Shown: in pieces, positions 9,366 to 18,835 of the stretch
Position numbering within the stretch: position 1 is the first letter of the stretch
Layout: every line of letters starts with the position of its first letter
Assembly: GCA_000166095.1 (NCBI GenBank)
Contig: CP002278.1
Span: 90,001-122,000 of the forward strand
Origin: Methanothermus fervidus DSM 2088
Lineage (GTDB): Archaea > Methanobacteriota > Methanobacteria > DSM-2088 > Methanothermaceae
Direction of reading: 5' to 3'
DNA length: 32,000 bases
Program-made: the position numbers and the translations under genes
The notes under the pieces: generated by a model
What the model was told of the DNA's origin: nothing
The model's input: only the letters and a program-made list of their open reading frames with translations
Database searches by the model: none

Positions 9366-9953
9366 TTAATCCACCATTAGGAAATTTTTAAGTATTGTTT
9401 TCCCTTCTTTAGTACCAATAGACTCAGGATGAAATTGAAGACCAAAGACAGGATATTTTTTATGTTTTATACCCATTATTACATCCTTTGACATGGCTGT
9501 AACTTCAATACAATCAGGAATTGTTTTTGGGTCACATATTATTGAGTGATAACGTGTAGCTCTAAATGGATTTTTAACACCTTTGAATATTTCAGAACCA
9601 TTATGCTTTATCATGCTTATTTTCCCATGTACTGGAGTTGAATATTTTAATTTCCCACCAAATTCAACAAAAATACCTTGGTGACCTAAACAAATTCCTA
9701 AAATAGGTATTTTTTTATGGAATTTCTGTATTACCTCACTACAAATACCAAAATCTCTTTTATTAGTTGGATTCCCTGGTCCTGGAGAAATTATAATTTT
9801 TTCTGGGTTCAAATTTTTTATTTCGTCTATTTCTAATTCATCGTTTCGGATGACTTGTATTTTAACTTTTTTACCACTTTCTTTGATAATTTCTCCGATT
9901 CTCTGGTAAAGATTGTAAGTGAAGGAATCATAATTATCTATTATTAGTATCAT
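9366..9953 (-). CDS. trpG: Anthranilate synthase component II (glutamine amidotransferase)
   Basis: [34 protein letters not shown] and GLQFHPESIGTKEG. Confidence 0.96.
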   Translation of the reverse strand: MILIIDNYDSFTYNLYQRIGEIIKESGKKVKIQVIRNDELEIDEIKNLNPEKIIISPGPGNPTNKRDFGICSEVIQKFHKKIPILGICLGHQGIFVEFGGKLKYSTPVHGKISMIKHNGSEIFKGVKNPFRATRYHSIICDPKTIPDCIEVTAMSKDVIMGIKHKKYPVFGLQFHPESIGTKEGKTILKNFLMVD

Positions 9954-11298
9954 GATTTTCCACCAAGTGCAGTGAATCTATTAATGCTCTAGCTTTGTTT
10001 TCACATTCTAAATATTCATTCTCTGGTATAGAATCATGAACTATTCCAGCTCCAGCCTGTATTCTTCCATATGAATTTTGAGATATTAAGGTTCTTATTG
10101 CTATTGCAAAATCTGCATTTCCATTCAATGAAAAGTATCCTACAGCTCCAGCATATACATCTCTAGGTTTCTTTTCAATTTCTTCTATTATTTCCATAGC
10201 TCTTATTTTTGGAGCACCACTAACAGTTCCTGCAGGAAACATTGATAAAAATGCGTCAACAGCTGTTTTGTCTTTTGATAATTTACCAACGACTTTAGAC
10301 ACAATATGTTGAACATGAGAAAACTTCTTCACAATCATGAATTCTGGAACTTTCACAGTCCCTATTTCACTAACCATGCCAACATCGTTTCTAGCTAAAT
10401 CTACCAACATCAAATGTTCTGCTAACTCTTTTTCATCGTTCAACAATTCTTTTTCCAATTTTTTATCTTCTTTTGAGTTTCTTCCTCTTGGTCTAGTTCC
10501 TGCGATTGGAAAAGTCTTTATTTTATTATTTTCGATTCTTACGAGCATTTCAGGACTAGATCCAATTATTTCTCTTTTTTTAAATTTCAAATGGTACATA
10601 TATGGTGAAGGATTTATCTTCCTTAAAATTTTATAAAATTCTATTTTGCTACCTTTTAGTTCATATTCGTAAGCATTGGAAATGACGCCTTGGAATATTT
10701 CACCTTTTTTTATTTTATGTTTAACTTTTCTGACCATGTCCTCAAATTCTTTTTTTGAGTAAAATTTTCCTTTATTTTTAAATGAAAATCTATCGTGTGT
10801 TGGTTCTTCATTTATTATTTTCTTCACTTCTTCGATTCTATTATCATTTATTGTAACGTAGTAACATTTTTTGTTTAAATGGTTAAAAATGATAGAATCC
10901 AAAAAAAGACCAAATTCGTAATCAGGGAAACTACCCCTTTTTAAGTCAAGTGGTAGGAAAAACCTTGCAGCAGGATAAGATACATATCCAACTAATCCCC
11001 CTGAAAATATGTGGCCATTAAAATTACTTTTTAAAATTTTTTTTATATCATTGAATGGATTATTTGTCCTAAATTTTTCAATGCTACCATCATCTATCTC
11101 TACACTCTTACCGTAAGATCTTATAATGTATTTAGGATCAAATCCAATAAATGAGTATCTTGATAAACTTGAATCACTTTCTCCTTTGGATTCTAACAAA
11201 AAACAATTTTCATATTCTTCATATATTCTCTCAAATACCTTAAAGGGATCTCTGTATTTTAATTTGATAATTTTTGGATTCTTTACTTTTACGTTGAT
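9934..11298 (-). CDS. trpE: Anthranilate synthase component I; the N-terminus extends beyond the track start (11199) in frame, to about 11298
   Basis: [60 protein letters not shown] and [15 protein letters not shown]. Upstream in-frame codons read [39 protein letters not shown]. Confidence 0.93.
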   Translation of the reverse strand: MNVKVKNPKIIKLKYRDPFKVFERIYEEYENCFLLESKGESDSSLSRYSFIGFDPKYIIRSYGKSVEIDDGSIEKFRTNNPFNDIKKILKSNFNGHIFSGGLVGYVSYPAARFFLPLDLKRGSFPDYEFGLFLDSIIFNHLNKKCYYVTINDNRIEEVKKIINEEPTHDRFSFKNKGKFYSKKEFEDMVRKVKHKIKKGEIFQGVISNAYEYELKGSKIEFYKILRKINPSPYMYHLKFKKREIIGSSPEMLVRIENNKIKTFPIAGTRPRGRNSKEDKKLEKELLNDEKELAEHLMLVDLARNDVGMVSEIGTVKVPEFMIVKKFSHVQHIVSKVVGKLSKDKTAVDAFLSMFPAGTVSGAPKIRAMEIIEEIEKKPRDVYAGAVGYFSLNGNADFAIAIRTLISQNSYGRIQAGAGIVHDSIPENEYLECENKARALIDSLHLVENHDTNNR

Positions 11299-11303
11299 AT
11301 CGA

Positions 11304-11310
11304 CACCTCC
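11304..11310 (-). promoter_or_regulatory. Strong Shine-Dalgarno (GGAGGTG) for trpE
   Basis: GGAGGTG followed by a 5-nt spacer and then in-frame ATC. Confidence 0.7.
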
Positions 11311-11332
11311 GAAAATTTATATACTATAAAGT

Positions 11333-11342
11333 TATATTTAAA
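11333..11342. promoter_or_regulatory. AT-rich element (TATATTTAAA / TTTAAATATA) positioned as TATA box for divergent trpY and/or trpE
   Basis: Roughly one helical promoter distance from both genes in a 78-bp divergent intergenic region. Confidence 0.4.
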
Positions 11343-11349
11343 TCTTGTG

Positions 11350-11365
11350 TGTATAATATTATACA
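11350..11365. promoter_or_regulatory. Perfect 16-bp palindrome TGTATAATATTATACA, candidate TrpY operator (TRP-box-like)
   Basis: Sequence equals its own reverse complement; lies between trpE and the trpY-like gene. Confidence 0.6.
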
Positions 11366-11376
11366 TGGTGGTATAA

Positions 11377-11880
11377 ATGTGGAGAAGAATTAGTAAAAAA
11401 TTTAAAGATAATCCAAAAAGAGAAAAAGTAGCTAAAAAATTACTTGAATTGGGATTGAGAATATCTGAGGATGAAAAAATTTACTGTAAAGATGTTGAAA
11501 TTAGTTACACAGCCATTGCTAAAGCAACTGATGTAGATAGGAGAACTGTAAAAGCAACTGTTAAAGAATTATTAAATGATAAGGAGCTGTCAAAAATTTT
11601 CAGAAATATAATTCCAGCAGGGTTTTTATTAAAAAATCTTGTTAAAGATTTAAACTTAGGTTTAATAGAAATTGAAGCAAATGCAGATAATCCAGGAATT
11701 CTTGCAGAGGCCGCTAAAATATTAGCATCTGAGAATATAAGTATAAGACAGGCTTATGCTGAGGACCCTAAAATAGAAGGAAATCCGAAATTGACAATAA
11801 TTACTGAAATACCAATTCCAGGAAAATTATTTAGAAAATTTTTAGATATAAATGGAGTTAAAAGAGTTACAATATGTTAG
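11377..11880 (+). CDS. trpY: TrpY-like tryptophan operon repressor: HTH plus ACT-like domain
   Basis: ISYTAIAKATDVDRRTVKATVKELL HTH, then ADNPGILAEAAKILASENISIRQAYAEDP ACT-like region; divergent from trpEGCFBAD as in Methanothermobacter. Confidence 0.85.
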   Translation: MWRRISKKFKDNPKREKVAKKLLELGLRISEDEKIYCKDVEISYTAIAKATDVDRRTVKATVKELLNDKELSKIFRNIIPAGFLLKNLVKDLNLGLIEIEANADNPGILAEAAKILASENISIRQAYAEDPKIEGNPKLTIITEIPIPGKLFRKFLDINGVKRVTIC

Positions 11881-11892
11881 TTAGACCTTTAG

Positions 11893-12729
11893 GTGAGTCA
11901 TGTGGTTTCAAAAGAGATCATTGAAAATTTTCCATACAAAAAACCAAGAAAAGAGCAACTAGAGTTAATAGATAAAATATATGAAGCATTTGAAAGTTAT
12001 GATTATGTTGTATTAGAAGCTGGCACAGGTATTGGAAAATCAGGTATTGCAGCTACTCTTGCAAAAATCTATAATTCAGCTTATATTTTAACGATGACAA
12101 AACAACTGCAAAAACAATATTTTCATGATTTTAGATTCCCAATAGTCAAAGGAAGGAACAATTTCAAGTGTAAGATCAATAAAAATTTAACATGTGATGA
12201 AGGACCTTGTAGAATATTAAAATTGAATTGCCCCCATGATCCTTTAGATAAAAAGGAACTTGATAATTTAAAATCTGAATTAAATACTTCAGATGCCAAA
12301 AAAATTCAAATGTATATGGATGGAGATATATGTGATTACAGAAAACAAGTTTATATTGGTTATATATCCAATATAACAATTTTAAATTATCAGTATGCTA
12401 TAATGGCTTTTAATTATACAAGATTTTTTGATAAAAGATATTTAATGGTTTTTGATGAGGCCCATAATATAGAAGACATTGTCATGAAGCATGTAAGCTA
12501 TACATTAAATAATCAACTTCTTTATAAGGATATAGGTGAAAGATTACCTAATTACAAAAATTTGGAAAAATGGATTGATTATATAGCATACATATTGGAG
12601 AAATATAAAAAGAGGCTGAAGAAATTAAAAAAACAAATAAAAAATAATCAAAATGACGAACTACTGAGAAAAACTGTTAGAATGGAAAAACGCATAAAAA
12701 AATTAGAAATATTAAACAAAAACCATTAG
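11893..12729 (+). CDS. XPD/Rad3-family ATP-dependent helicase, N-terminal half (frameshifted gene)
   Basis: VVLEAGTGIGKSGIAATLA Walker A, MVFDEAHNIED DEAH box, Fe-S-like cysteines (FKCK, LTCDEGPC, LNCP, ICDYR). Confidence 0.85.
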   Translation: MSHVVSKEIIENFPYKKPRKEQLELIDKIYEAFESYDYVVLEAGTGIGKSGIAATLAKIYNSAYILTMTKQLQKQYFHDFRFPIVKGRNNFKCKINKNLTCDEGPCRILKLNCPHDPLDKKELDNLKSELNTSDAKKIQMYMDGDICDYRKQVYIGYISNITILNYQYAIMAFNYTRFFDKRYLMVFDEAHNIEDIVMKHVSYTLNNQLLYKDIGERLPNYKNLEKWIDYIAYILEKYKKRLKKLKKQIKNNQNDELLRKTVRMEKRIKKLEILNKNH

Positions 12730-13516
12730 GAAAAATCCAGACAATTGGATTATAGATATATATGAAAATAAAGTTGTTTTTAAGCCTATTTATGTAAGTG
12801 GAAATACCTCTGACCTTTTGTTTAAAGGGAATAAACATCTTTTTATGAGTGCTACAATCATAGATGTCAATCAGTTTTGTAAAGATATTGGTATCGATCC
12901 TAAAGAATGTTATTATTTAAAAAAAGAATCTCCTTTTGAAAAAGAAAAAAGACCTATAGTTTTAAAACTTGCAGGAAGATTGTCAAAACGATATAAAAAA
13001 ATTACCATGCCAAGGACCATCCCCATTCTCAAAAAAATTTTGAAAAAACATGAAGATGAAAAAGGATTAATACATACCAATAGTTATGAATTTCAAAAGT
13101 ATATAACCAGGAATATAAATAATCCAAGATTAATATATCACAATAACAGGAATAGAGAAGAAATTTTATATAAATTTAAGAGAAGTAAGGAACCACTCGT
13201 ATTAGTGAGTCCTTCTATGGGTGAAGGTGTAGACTTACCTTATGAAAATTGTACATTTCAGGTAATATATAAAATACCTTTTCCATATTTAGGTGACAAG
13301 CAAGTACGAATAAGAGCTGAAAGAGATCCAAATTGGTATGCATATAAAACTGTTATGACTCTTGTACAAGAATATGGACGTGGTATGAGAGCTAAAGATG
13401 ATTGGTGTGTAACTTATATTCTAGATAGCTCTATAAATACTATATTAAATGCTAAAGACTACCGAAAAATAGTACCAAAATATTTTAGAGAAGCTATTCA
13501 AAAAAAATTTATATAA
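12716..13516 (+). CDS. XPD/Rad3-family helicase, C-terminal half in the +1 frame (track ORF starts at 12818; the frame is open from 12716)
   Basis: TIRKNPDNWIIDIYENKVVFKPIYVSGNTSDLLFKGNKHLFMSATI ... SPSMGEGVDLPYE ... QEYGRGMRAKDDWCVTYILD. Confidence 0.85.
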   Translation, partial: TKTIRKNPDNWIIDIYENKVVFKPIYVSGNTSDLLFKGNKHLFMSATIIDVNQFCKDIGIDPKECYYLKKESPFEKEKRPIVLKLAGRLSKRYKKITMPRTIPILKKILKKHEDEKGLIHTNSYEFQKYITRNINNPRLIYHNNRNREEILYKFKRSKEPLVLVSPSMGEGVDLPYENCTFQVIYKIPFPYLGDKQVRIRAERDPNWYAYKTVMTLVQEYGRGMRAKDDWCVTYILDSSINTILNAKDYRKIVPKYFREAIQKKFI

Positions 13517-13535
13517 AGGGGAGAAACCCCCTTTA
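13514..13535. terminator. Hairpin TAAAGGGG-AGAAAC-CCCCTTTA between the convergent helicase and alba genes
   Basis: 8-bp perfect stem with 6-nt loop; its arms contain both stop codons; T-rich on the plus side and A/T-rich on the minus side. Confidence 0.5.
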
Positions 13536-13841
13536 TTTTGGATTAGGATTTTTTAATCGTATTTCAATTGCAGACACATTTGTTGTGGTTCCATCGTTTC
13601 CAACAATTTCTTCAGTAGAGATGTTTATATCCTCAATTTCTACATTTGGCATAAATCTGTTTCTGACGATTTCTGCTACATCGACAGCTCGACTTATAGC
13701 TCTTCCACGGGCTTTTAAAGATACAACTTCTGCACCGCCGTTCATTTGAGTAACCACAGCAAGTACATAATTCATAACAGGTTTGTTACCGACATATACT
13801 ACGTTTCCAACTTCTTCCTCTGTCATTTCTTCTGCCATCAC
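13533..13841 (-). CDS. albA: Alba family DNA/RNA-binding chromatin protein
   Basis: [50 protein letters not shown]. Confidence 0.95.
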   Translation of the reverse strand: MMAEEMTEEEVGNVVYVGNKPVMNYVLAVVTQMNGGAEVVSLKARGRAISRAVDVAEIVRNRFMPNVEIEDINISTEEIVGNDGTTTNVSAIEIRLKNPNPK

Positions 13842-13890
13842 TCTACCTCCCTGGACACTTTATTCACATCTTTCTTTTAAAAACGCAGGT

Positions 13891-13898
13891 ATATATAT
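13891..13898 (-). promoter_or_regulatory. Putative alba TATA box (TATATATA) with A-rich BRE
   Basis: Minus strand CCAAAAAAATATATATACC about 50 nt upstream of the alba start, followed by GGGAGGT. Confidence 0.5.
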
Positions 13899-13952
13899 TT
13901 TTTGGAACTTTCTATACAAAAATCTCAAATTTTGATTATAGTATAGATATTA

Positions 13953-14005
13953 ATGATGATGAAAAATTTTTCTGAATTGATGATGAAGGCCAGCGTCTCT
14001 GACAT
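13953..14005 (+). ncRNA. Candidate C/D box sRNA 3, antisense-oriented between reverse gyrase and alba
   Basis: ATG-ATGATGA(13956-13962)-AAAATTTTT-CTGA(13972-13975)-ATTG-ATGATGA(13980-13986)-AGGCCAGCGTCT-CTGA(13999-14002)-CAT; short ATG/CAT terminal stem. Confidence 0.7.
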
Positions 14006-14008
14006 GTT

Positions 14009-17000
14009 TTAGACAAATTGCTTTATTTCTTCATAAATACTATTAAGAACTTCTTGATAATTTCTTGAGCCTTCTTCAATTTCGTCCATTACTTTTTCAA
14101 GCTCTCTAGTTCTTTCTTCAGAAACCAACTTTTCATATGTATGTATTAAATAATTATATACATTAACTCCAAGCTTTGTTGGCAACAATTTTTTCTTTAA
14201 TTTTGTTTTTATTACATAACGTCTATCTAAAAGAGTATTAACAATTTTGGAATATGTAGATGGCCTACCTATACCTGATTTTTTCATTTTTTCAATTACA
14301 TCTCCTTCTGTAAATAAAGAAATCTTTGGTGCTTTCCAAGTTTTTATTTCTTTAATCTTTATTTTCTGACCTTCTTTAACTTCAGGAAGTTTTTTCATAG
14401 GTAATCTTACAATTTTTGTCCATCCAGGATCTATAATATCTGTATATCCTTCAATTTCTATTTCTTCATCGTCGATACCTAAAACTATTTTCTGATAATG
14501 TAAATTAACTGGTGTCATTTGTGAAGCCATAAATCTTTTAAATATTAAATTGTAAAGTCGTAAATGATCAGAAGTTAATTTTTTTGTAGTCCTGATAACA
14601 TTATTTCTTATTAATTGGATAATTTTCTCACTGTCAATTGGCCTTGTTGGTCTTATACACTCATGTGCTCCTTCTTTACCCCATTTTCTTGCTTTGAAAT
14701 ACTTCTCCCCTATTTCATTTTTTATATAATCCCTTGCTATGATATTACCAACATCGCTCACATAAGTAGCATCTGTCCTTATATAGGTGACAAACCCCAT
14801 TTCAAATAAATCCTGTGCTAACCTCATAGTTTTTGTTGTTGGAAATCCTAGTATTCTGGATGCATCCGTGAGTAATGTATCAGTTGTATACGGTGGATTG
14901 GGATTAATATCTTTCTCCTCTTTATTTACTTTTTTAACTTCTAAATAATCTGTCTCTTTTTTACCCTCAAGTATTATTTCCATTCTATTTTCCAAAGTTA
15001 GTTTCGTGAAATATGTTTCACTTTTTCTAAAGTCATTATACCTTTTTATAATCCAACCTAACACAGGTGTTTGAACCCTACCAGCAGATAAATATGTGTT
15101 ATCAAATTCTTCCCATAACTTCTGACTTAATTCAAAACCTATCCATCTATCTTCTATTCTTCTAACTATTTGGGCTTCAACCCTTTTTATATTTATTTTT
15201 GAAGCTTCTTTTATGGCTTTTAAAATAGCAGATCTTGTAACCTCATGGAACTCGACACGTTTTAAATTAGAAGTATAAGGGGAGAGAACATTCATTACAT
15301 CCCATGCTATTTTTTCACCTTCAACATCTGGATCTGTACCTATAAGTACTTCATCCACTTCTTGTGCTAATTCTCTCATCACCAAAATATTTTCAAAAGT
15401 ATCAATTATGTCATTAGATTTACATTTTGGACATGTAGAACCATTATTATTCACAAATTGATTGCCACATTCTCTACATCGTTTTATAGTATCATATATT
15501 GGTATAAAGTGGCCATTTTCTATTTTTATACCATGAAATCCCTCATCATTCACCAAATCGAATATATGTCCACCGGTTGCAACTATCATAAGAATACGGT
15601 TACCTATATTGGTCTCATAAACAGTTAACCTACCTATACGTCTTTTACCTATATTTCCAAACATGTTTGCTATAGTTCTTGCTTTATTTGGAGACTCAAC
15701 AATAAACAATGCAGATTTAACTATATTTTTTATTTCAAACTTACCATGTTTTTTAATTGCCTTAACTTTTTTTCTATCTTCATCTATTTTATTTAATATC
15801 TTCTTTAGTTTTAATTTTTCAAATGCCTTAAACTCATGTTTTTGGAATTGCCATTTATATTGTCTTTTTAAACCTTCAAAAACCTTTTCATCATCAATTA
15901 TCACAACACTTAATCCGTGAGTAATTCCACCAGCAAATAATCTTGATGCACGCCCGCTAGCTTGTATATAAGTTCTTAAATCAGGGAATTTTATACAAAG
16001 TTTATTGTTTTGGATTTCCATGCTTAAAAATTCGTTTGAAAATATTTTTTTCCGGATTTCTTCCTTTTTAAATATTTTTCTCACAAATTTTACACTATCA
16101 TCATAAATTTTTGTAATTCTAGAATCAGCATGTCCATTTTCTAGTTTTTTTTCTATTTCTTTTATCTTATATTTTGGAATTTTCTGTAATTTTGTGTATA
16201 GAGATTCAGCCTTCCTTTTATAATTACCTTTCAAAACATCTATAAGTACTCTTAATAAAATTATAATAGAATATAGTCTTGGAGAATCAAGATTTATAAC
16301 AAATCTATGTTTTGGAACACCTGTAAATATTGTGTACCTTACTCTTTCTGGGATATCTAAACCTCTGACAAGGACTCCATAATATGTTGCTACACCAACT
16401 AAATAATCAATTTTGCCTTCTTTAAATTCTTTGATTCCTGTTTTATCGGCTGATGATACCAATTTTACTTTGAATCCATTGTTTTTTAAGTAGTTTTCTA
16501 TTTTTTTTGCTTTTTCTATGCCCTGATCTGTAGGTACAAATATTATTCCACCATTTCCTAAAATATTTAAAAGTTTTACCAAATGTTTTTCAATTTTTTC
16601 ATCTGTTTTGATATAGCTATCTACCATGTTCCTGATTGTAGGTACTTCACCCGTAATTTCAAAATTAAGTAACTCTCTATAAATTTTTATTCTTTTATTT
16701 TTTACCTTTATGGTTGCAGAAGCAACAACCAAGTTTCCAATTTTATTTTTTTCCTTAAATTCTTTTATTTTATTTTCAATTTTTTTTATTTGTTCAGAAT
16801 TTCTTTTAGGTCCTCGTTCTTTTAATTTTATTAGTTCCCATCCTTTCTCAATTATTTCTTCTGAAAATCCTAGAAGTATCAGTGATCTATCTATATTCCT
16901 GGAAGATTTTAAAAATGCATCTACATCATCTATAAAGATAAAATCAAATTTTTTATTCTTTAAAATGTCAAAATTAATTGCTAAATATTGTGAAGTCGTA

Positions 17001-17560
17001 ACCAGAATATCAAAATCATCATTTTCTATTTTATTTTTCATTTTTTCTTTTTCTTTTAATTTGCCATGATAAAATGCAAGATTTACTTTTATTTGTGTTT
17101 TTTCCATGAACTTTTTGATCTTTTCAACAGTTTGTAACACTAAAGATGTTGTAGGTACAATTATGTATGATTTTTTATTTTTTAATGCATAATATAGTGA
17201 TGCGAATATTCCAAAAATACTCTTACCTACACCGGTTGGAGCTATTATAGGAAAACTTTCGCCTTTTATTAAACGAATAAACCATGTTTTTTGAATATTC
17301 CAAAATTTTGAATTAGTGGCTTTTTCAAAAAGATTTTCTATATCTTTGAGGTCTCTATGTAGCTCATATATTTCTTTCCAACCATAAAGATTATTATTCT
17401 CTTTTAAGTATTCTTCAATTTTTTCTAATAATTCATGATAATCTTCACACTGCAATTTTTTTTCAACACACGATTTACAAGGATTTTTAGCGTTTAATCG
17501 TGAATCGTCTATTTCTTTACCACAGTTGGGGCACATACCTTTGTATATCGCCCTATACAT
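14009..17560 (-). CDS. rgy: Reverse gyrase (SF2 helicase-like domain fused to type IA topoisomerase)
   Basis: N-terminal CPNCG..CKSC zinc finger, APTGVGKS, DDVDAFLKSSRN, QASGRASRLFAGG, then LFIVESPNKARTIANMFG, CRECG..CPKC, GTDPDVEGEKIAWD, GFVTYIRTD and GIGRPSTYSKIVNTL. Confidence 0.98.
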   Translation of the reverse strand: MYRAIYKGMCPNCGKEIDDSRLNAKNPCKSCVEKKLQCEDYHELLEKIEEYLKENNNLYGWKEIYELHRDLKDIENLFEKATNSKFWNIQKTWFIRLIKGESFPIIAPTGVGKSIFGIFASLYYALKNKKSYIIVPTTSLVLQTVEKIKKFMEKTQIKVNLAFYHGKLKEKEKMKNKIENDDFDILVTTSQYLAINFDILKNKKFDFIFIDDVDAFLKSSRNIDRSLILLGFSEEIIEKGWELIKLKERGPKRNSEQIKKIENKIKEFKEKNKIGNLVVASATIKVKNKRIKIYRELLNFEITGEVPTIRNMVDSYIKTDEKIEKHLVKLLNILGNGGIIFVPTDQGIEKAKKIENYLKNNGFKVKLVSSADKTGIKEFKEGKIDYLVGVATYYGVLVRGLDIPERVRYTIFTGVPKHRFVINLDSPRLYSIIILLRVLIDVLKGNYKRKAESLYTKLQKIPKYKIKEIEKKLENGHADSRITKIYDDSVKFVRKIFKKEEIRKKIFSNEFLSMEIQNNKLCIKFPDLRTYIQASGRASRLFAGGITHGLSVVIIDDEKVFEGLKRQYKWQFQKHEFKAFEKLKLKKILNKIDEDRKKVKAIKKHGKFEIKNIVKSALFIVESPNKARTIANMFGNIGKRRIGRLTVYETNIGNRILMIVATGGHIFDLVNDEGFHGIKIENGHFIPIYDTIKRCRECGNQFVNNNGSTCPKCKSNDIIDTFENILVMRELAQEVDEVLIGTDPDVEGEKIAWDVMNVLSPYTSNLKRVEFHEVTRSAILKAIKEASKINIKRVEAQIVRRIEDRWIGFELSQKLWEEFDNTYLSAGRVQTPVLGWIIKRYNDFRKSETYFTKLTLENRMEIILEGKKETDYLEVKKVNKEEKDINPNPPYTTDTLLTDASRILGFPTTKTMRLAQDLFEMGFVTYIRTDATYVSDVGNIIARDYIKNEIGEKYFKARKWGKEGAHECIRPTRPIDSEKIIQLIRNNVIRTTKKLTSDHLRLYNLIFKRFMASQMTPVNLHYQKIVLGIDDEEIEIEGYTDIIDPGWTKIVRLPMKKLPEVKEGQKIKIKEIKTWKAPKISLFTEGDVIEKMKKSGIGRPSTYSKIVNTLLDRRYVIKTKLKKKLLPTKLGVNVYNYLIHTYEKLVSEERTRELEKVMDEIEEGSRNYQEVLNSIYEEIKQFV

Positions 17561-17791
17561 TTTTTATCCTCCAAAAAATTAAAATATTGTCTTAAATAAA
17601 TGTTAAAAAAATTAATGTGGATCCTTGATCATGCATTACTTATCTTTTTGTTTAATAAACTTAATTATTTAACCAATAAAAATTTGTAGTTAAAGTTGTG
17701 GAAAATTAAAAACAATAACAAAAATAATTTTCTCATTTTTTAAAATAAAATTTATTCAGGAAAAATCATTGGAAAAATTTTAGGTGATAGG

Positions 17792-18835
17792 ATGGAAAAT
17801 TTGTCTAAGAAGATAACTTCAATGATAAATGAAATATCAAGGCCTGTTAAAATAATGCATGTTTGTGGGTCACATGAACATACAATAATGCAGTATGGGA
17901 TACGGTCTCTTTTACCTGATGAAGTTGAAGTTATTGCAGGTCCTGGCTGCCCTGTTTGTTGTGTACCAATTGAGGAAATTGATGAATGTGTAGAACTTGC
18001 AAAGCAAGGAGTAACAGTGACAACTTTTGGCGACATGTTTAGAGTTCCAGGATCTAAAGGATCACTTGCTGACGCAAAAGCTGAAGGAGCTGACGTTAGA
18101 ATTGTTTATGGTATAAATAATGCAGTTGAAATTGCAAAAAATATTGACAATGATGTAGTGTTCATGGCTGTAGGTTTTGAAACTACTGCACCTACCACAG
18201 CTTCAGAAATACTTACAGAGCCCCCTGAAAATTTTTCAATCTTGTGTTGTCATCGTTTAATACCGCCTGTTTTAGATTTTCTTATAAGTTCGGGTGAAGT
18301 TAAATTAGATGGACTTATAGAACCTGGTCATGTTTCTACAATCATCGGTATGGAACCTTATGTACCTATATCTGAAAAATATAAAATACCACAGGTTATT
18401 GCAGGTTTTAATCCACTAGACGTACTTATGGCTGTGTATATGATACTTAAACAAATAAATGAGGGTAGGGCCGAAGTAGAAAATGAATATTCAAGGGTTG
18501 TAAAAAGAGAAGGGAATATAAGGGCACAAAAAGTCATGAAAGAAGTCTTTAAAGTAGTTACAAAAAGTTGGAGAGGATTTCCAAAAGTTCCAAATTCTGT
18601 ACTTGAATTAAAAAAAGAATTTTCTGAATATAATGCAAGAGAAAAATATGATATTGAGGTTGAGAGTAAGGAAGATAAAAGTGGTTGTATTTGTGGTGAA
18701 ATACTTAGAGGAGTTGCTAGACCTGAAGATTGTCCATTATTTAGAAAAGTTTGTACTCCTATGAATCCTATAGGGGCCTGTATGGTATCAAGAGAAGGAA
18801 CTTGTAATATAGCTTATAGGTATGGATCAAAATGA
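17792..18835 (+). CDS. hypD: [NiFe]-hydrogenase maturation protein HypD
   Basis: MHVCGSHEHTIMQYGIRSLLP, AGPGCPVCC, TFGDMFRVPGSKGSL, GFETTAPTTA and YNIAYRYG. Confidence 0.96.
   Translation: MENLSKKITSMINEISRPVKIMHVCGSHEHTIMQYGIRSLLPDEVEVIAGPGCPVCCVPIEEIDECVELAKQGVTVTTFGDMFRVPGSKGSLADAKAEGADVRIVYGINNAVEIAKNIDNDVVFMAVGFETTAPTTASEILTEPPENFSILCCHRLIPPVLDFLISSGEVKLDGLIEPGHVSTIIGMEPYVPISEKYKIPQVIAGFNPLDVLMAVYMILKQINEGRAEVENEYSRVVKREGNIRAQKVMKEVFKVVTKSWRGFPKVPNSVLELKKEFSEYNAREKYDIEVESKEDKSGCICGEILRGVARPEDCPLFRKVCTPMNPIGACMVSREGTCNIAYRYGSK

Noticed and set aside
14009-17560. Possible intein or split reverse gyrase
   Set aside because: The 1183-aa ORF has both domains continuous with no intein-like block; the length fits an ordinary reverse gyrase.
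17613-17638. Imperfect inverted repeat TAATG..GGATC-CTT-GATC..CATTA between rgy and hypD
   Set aside because: Mismatched and short in very AT-rich DNA; not strong enough to call a regulatory or terminator element.
17900-17990. Two TGATGA motifs within hypD
   Set aside because: No CTGA boxes with suitable spacing; they encode conserved Asp-Glu codons.
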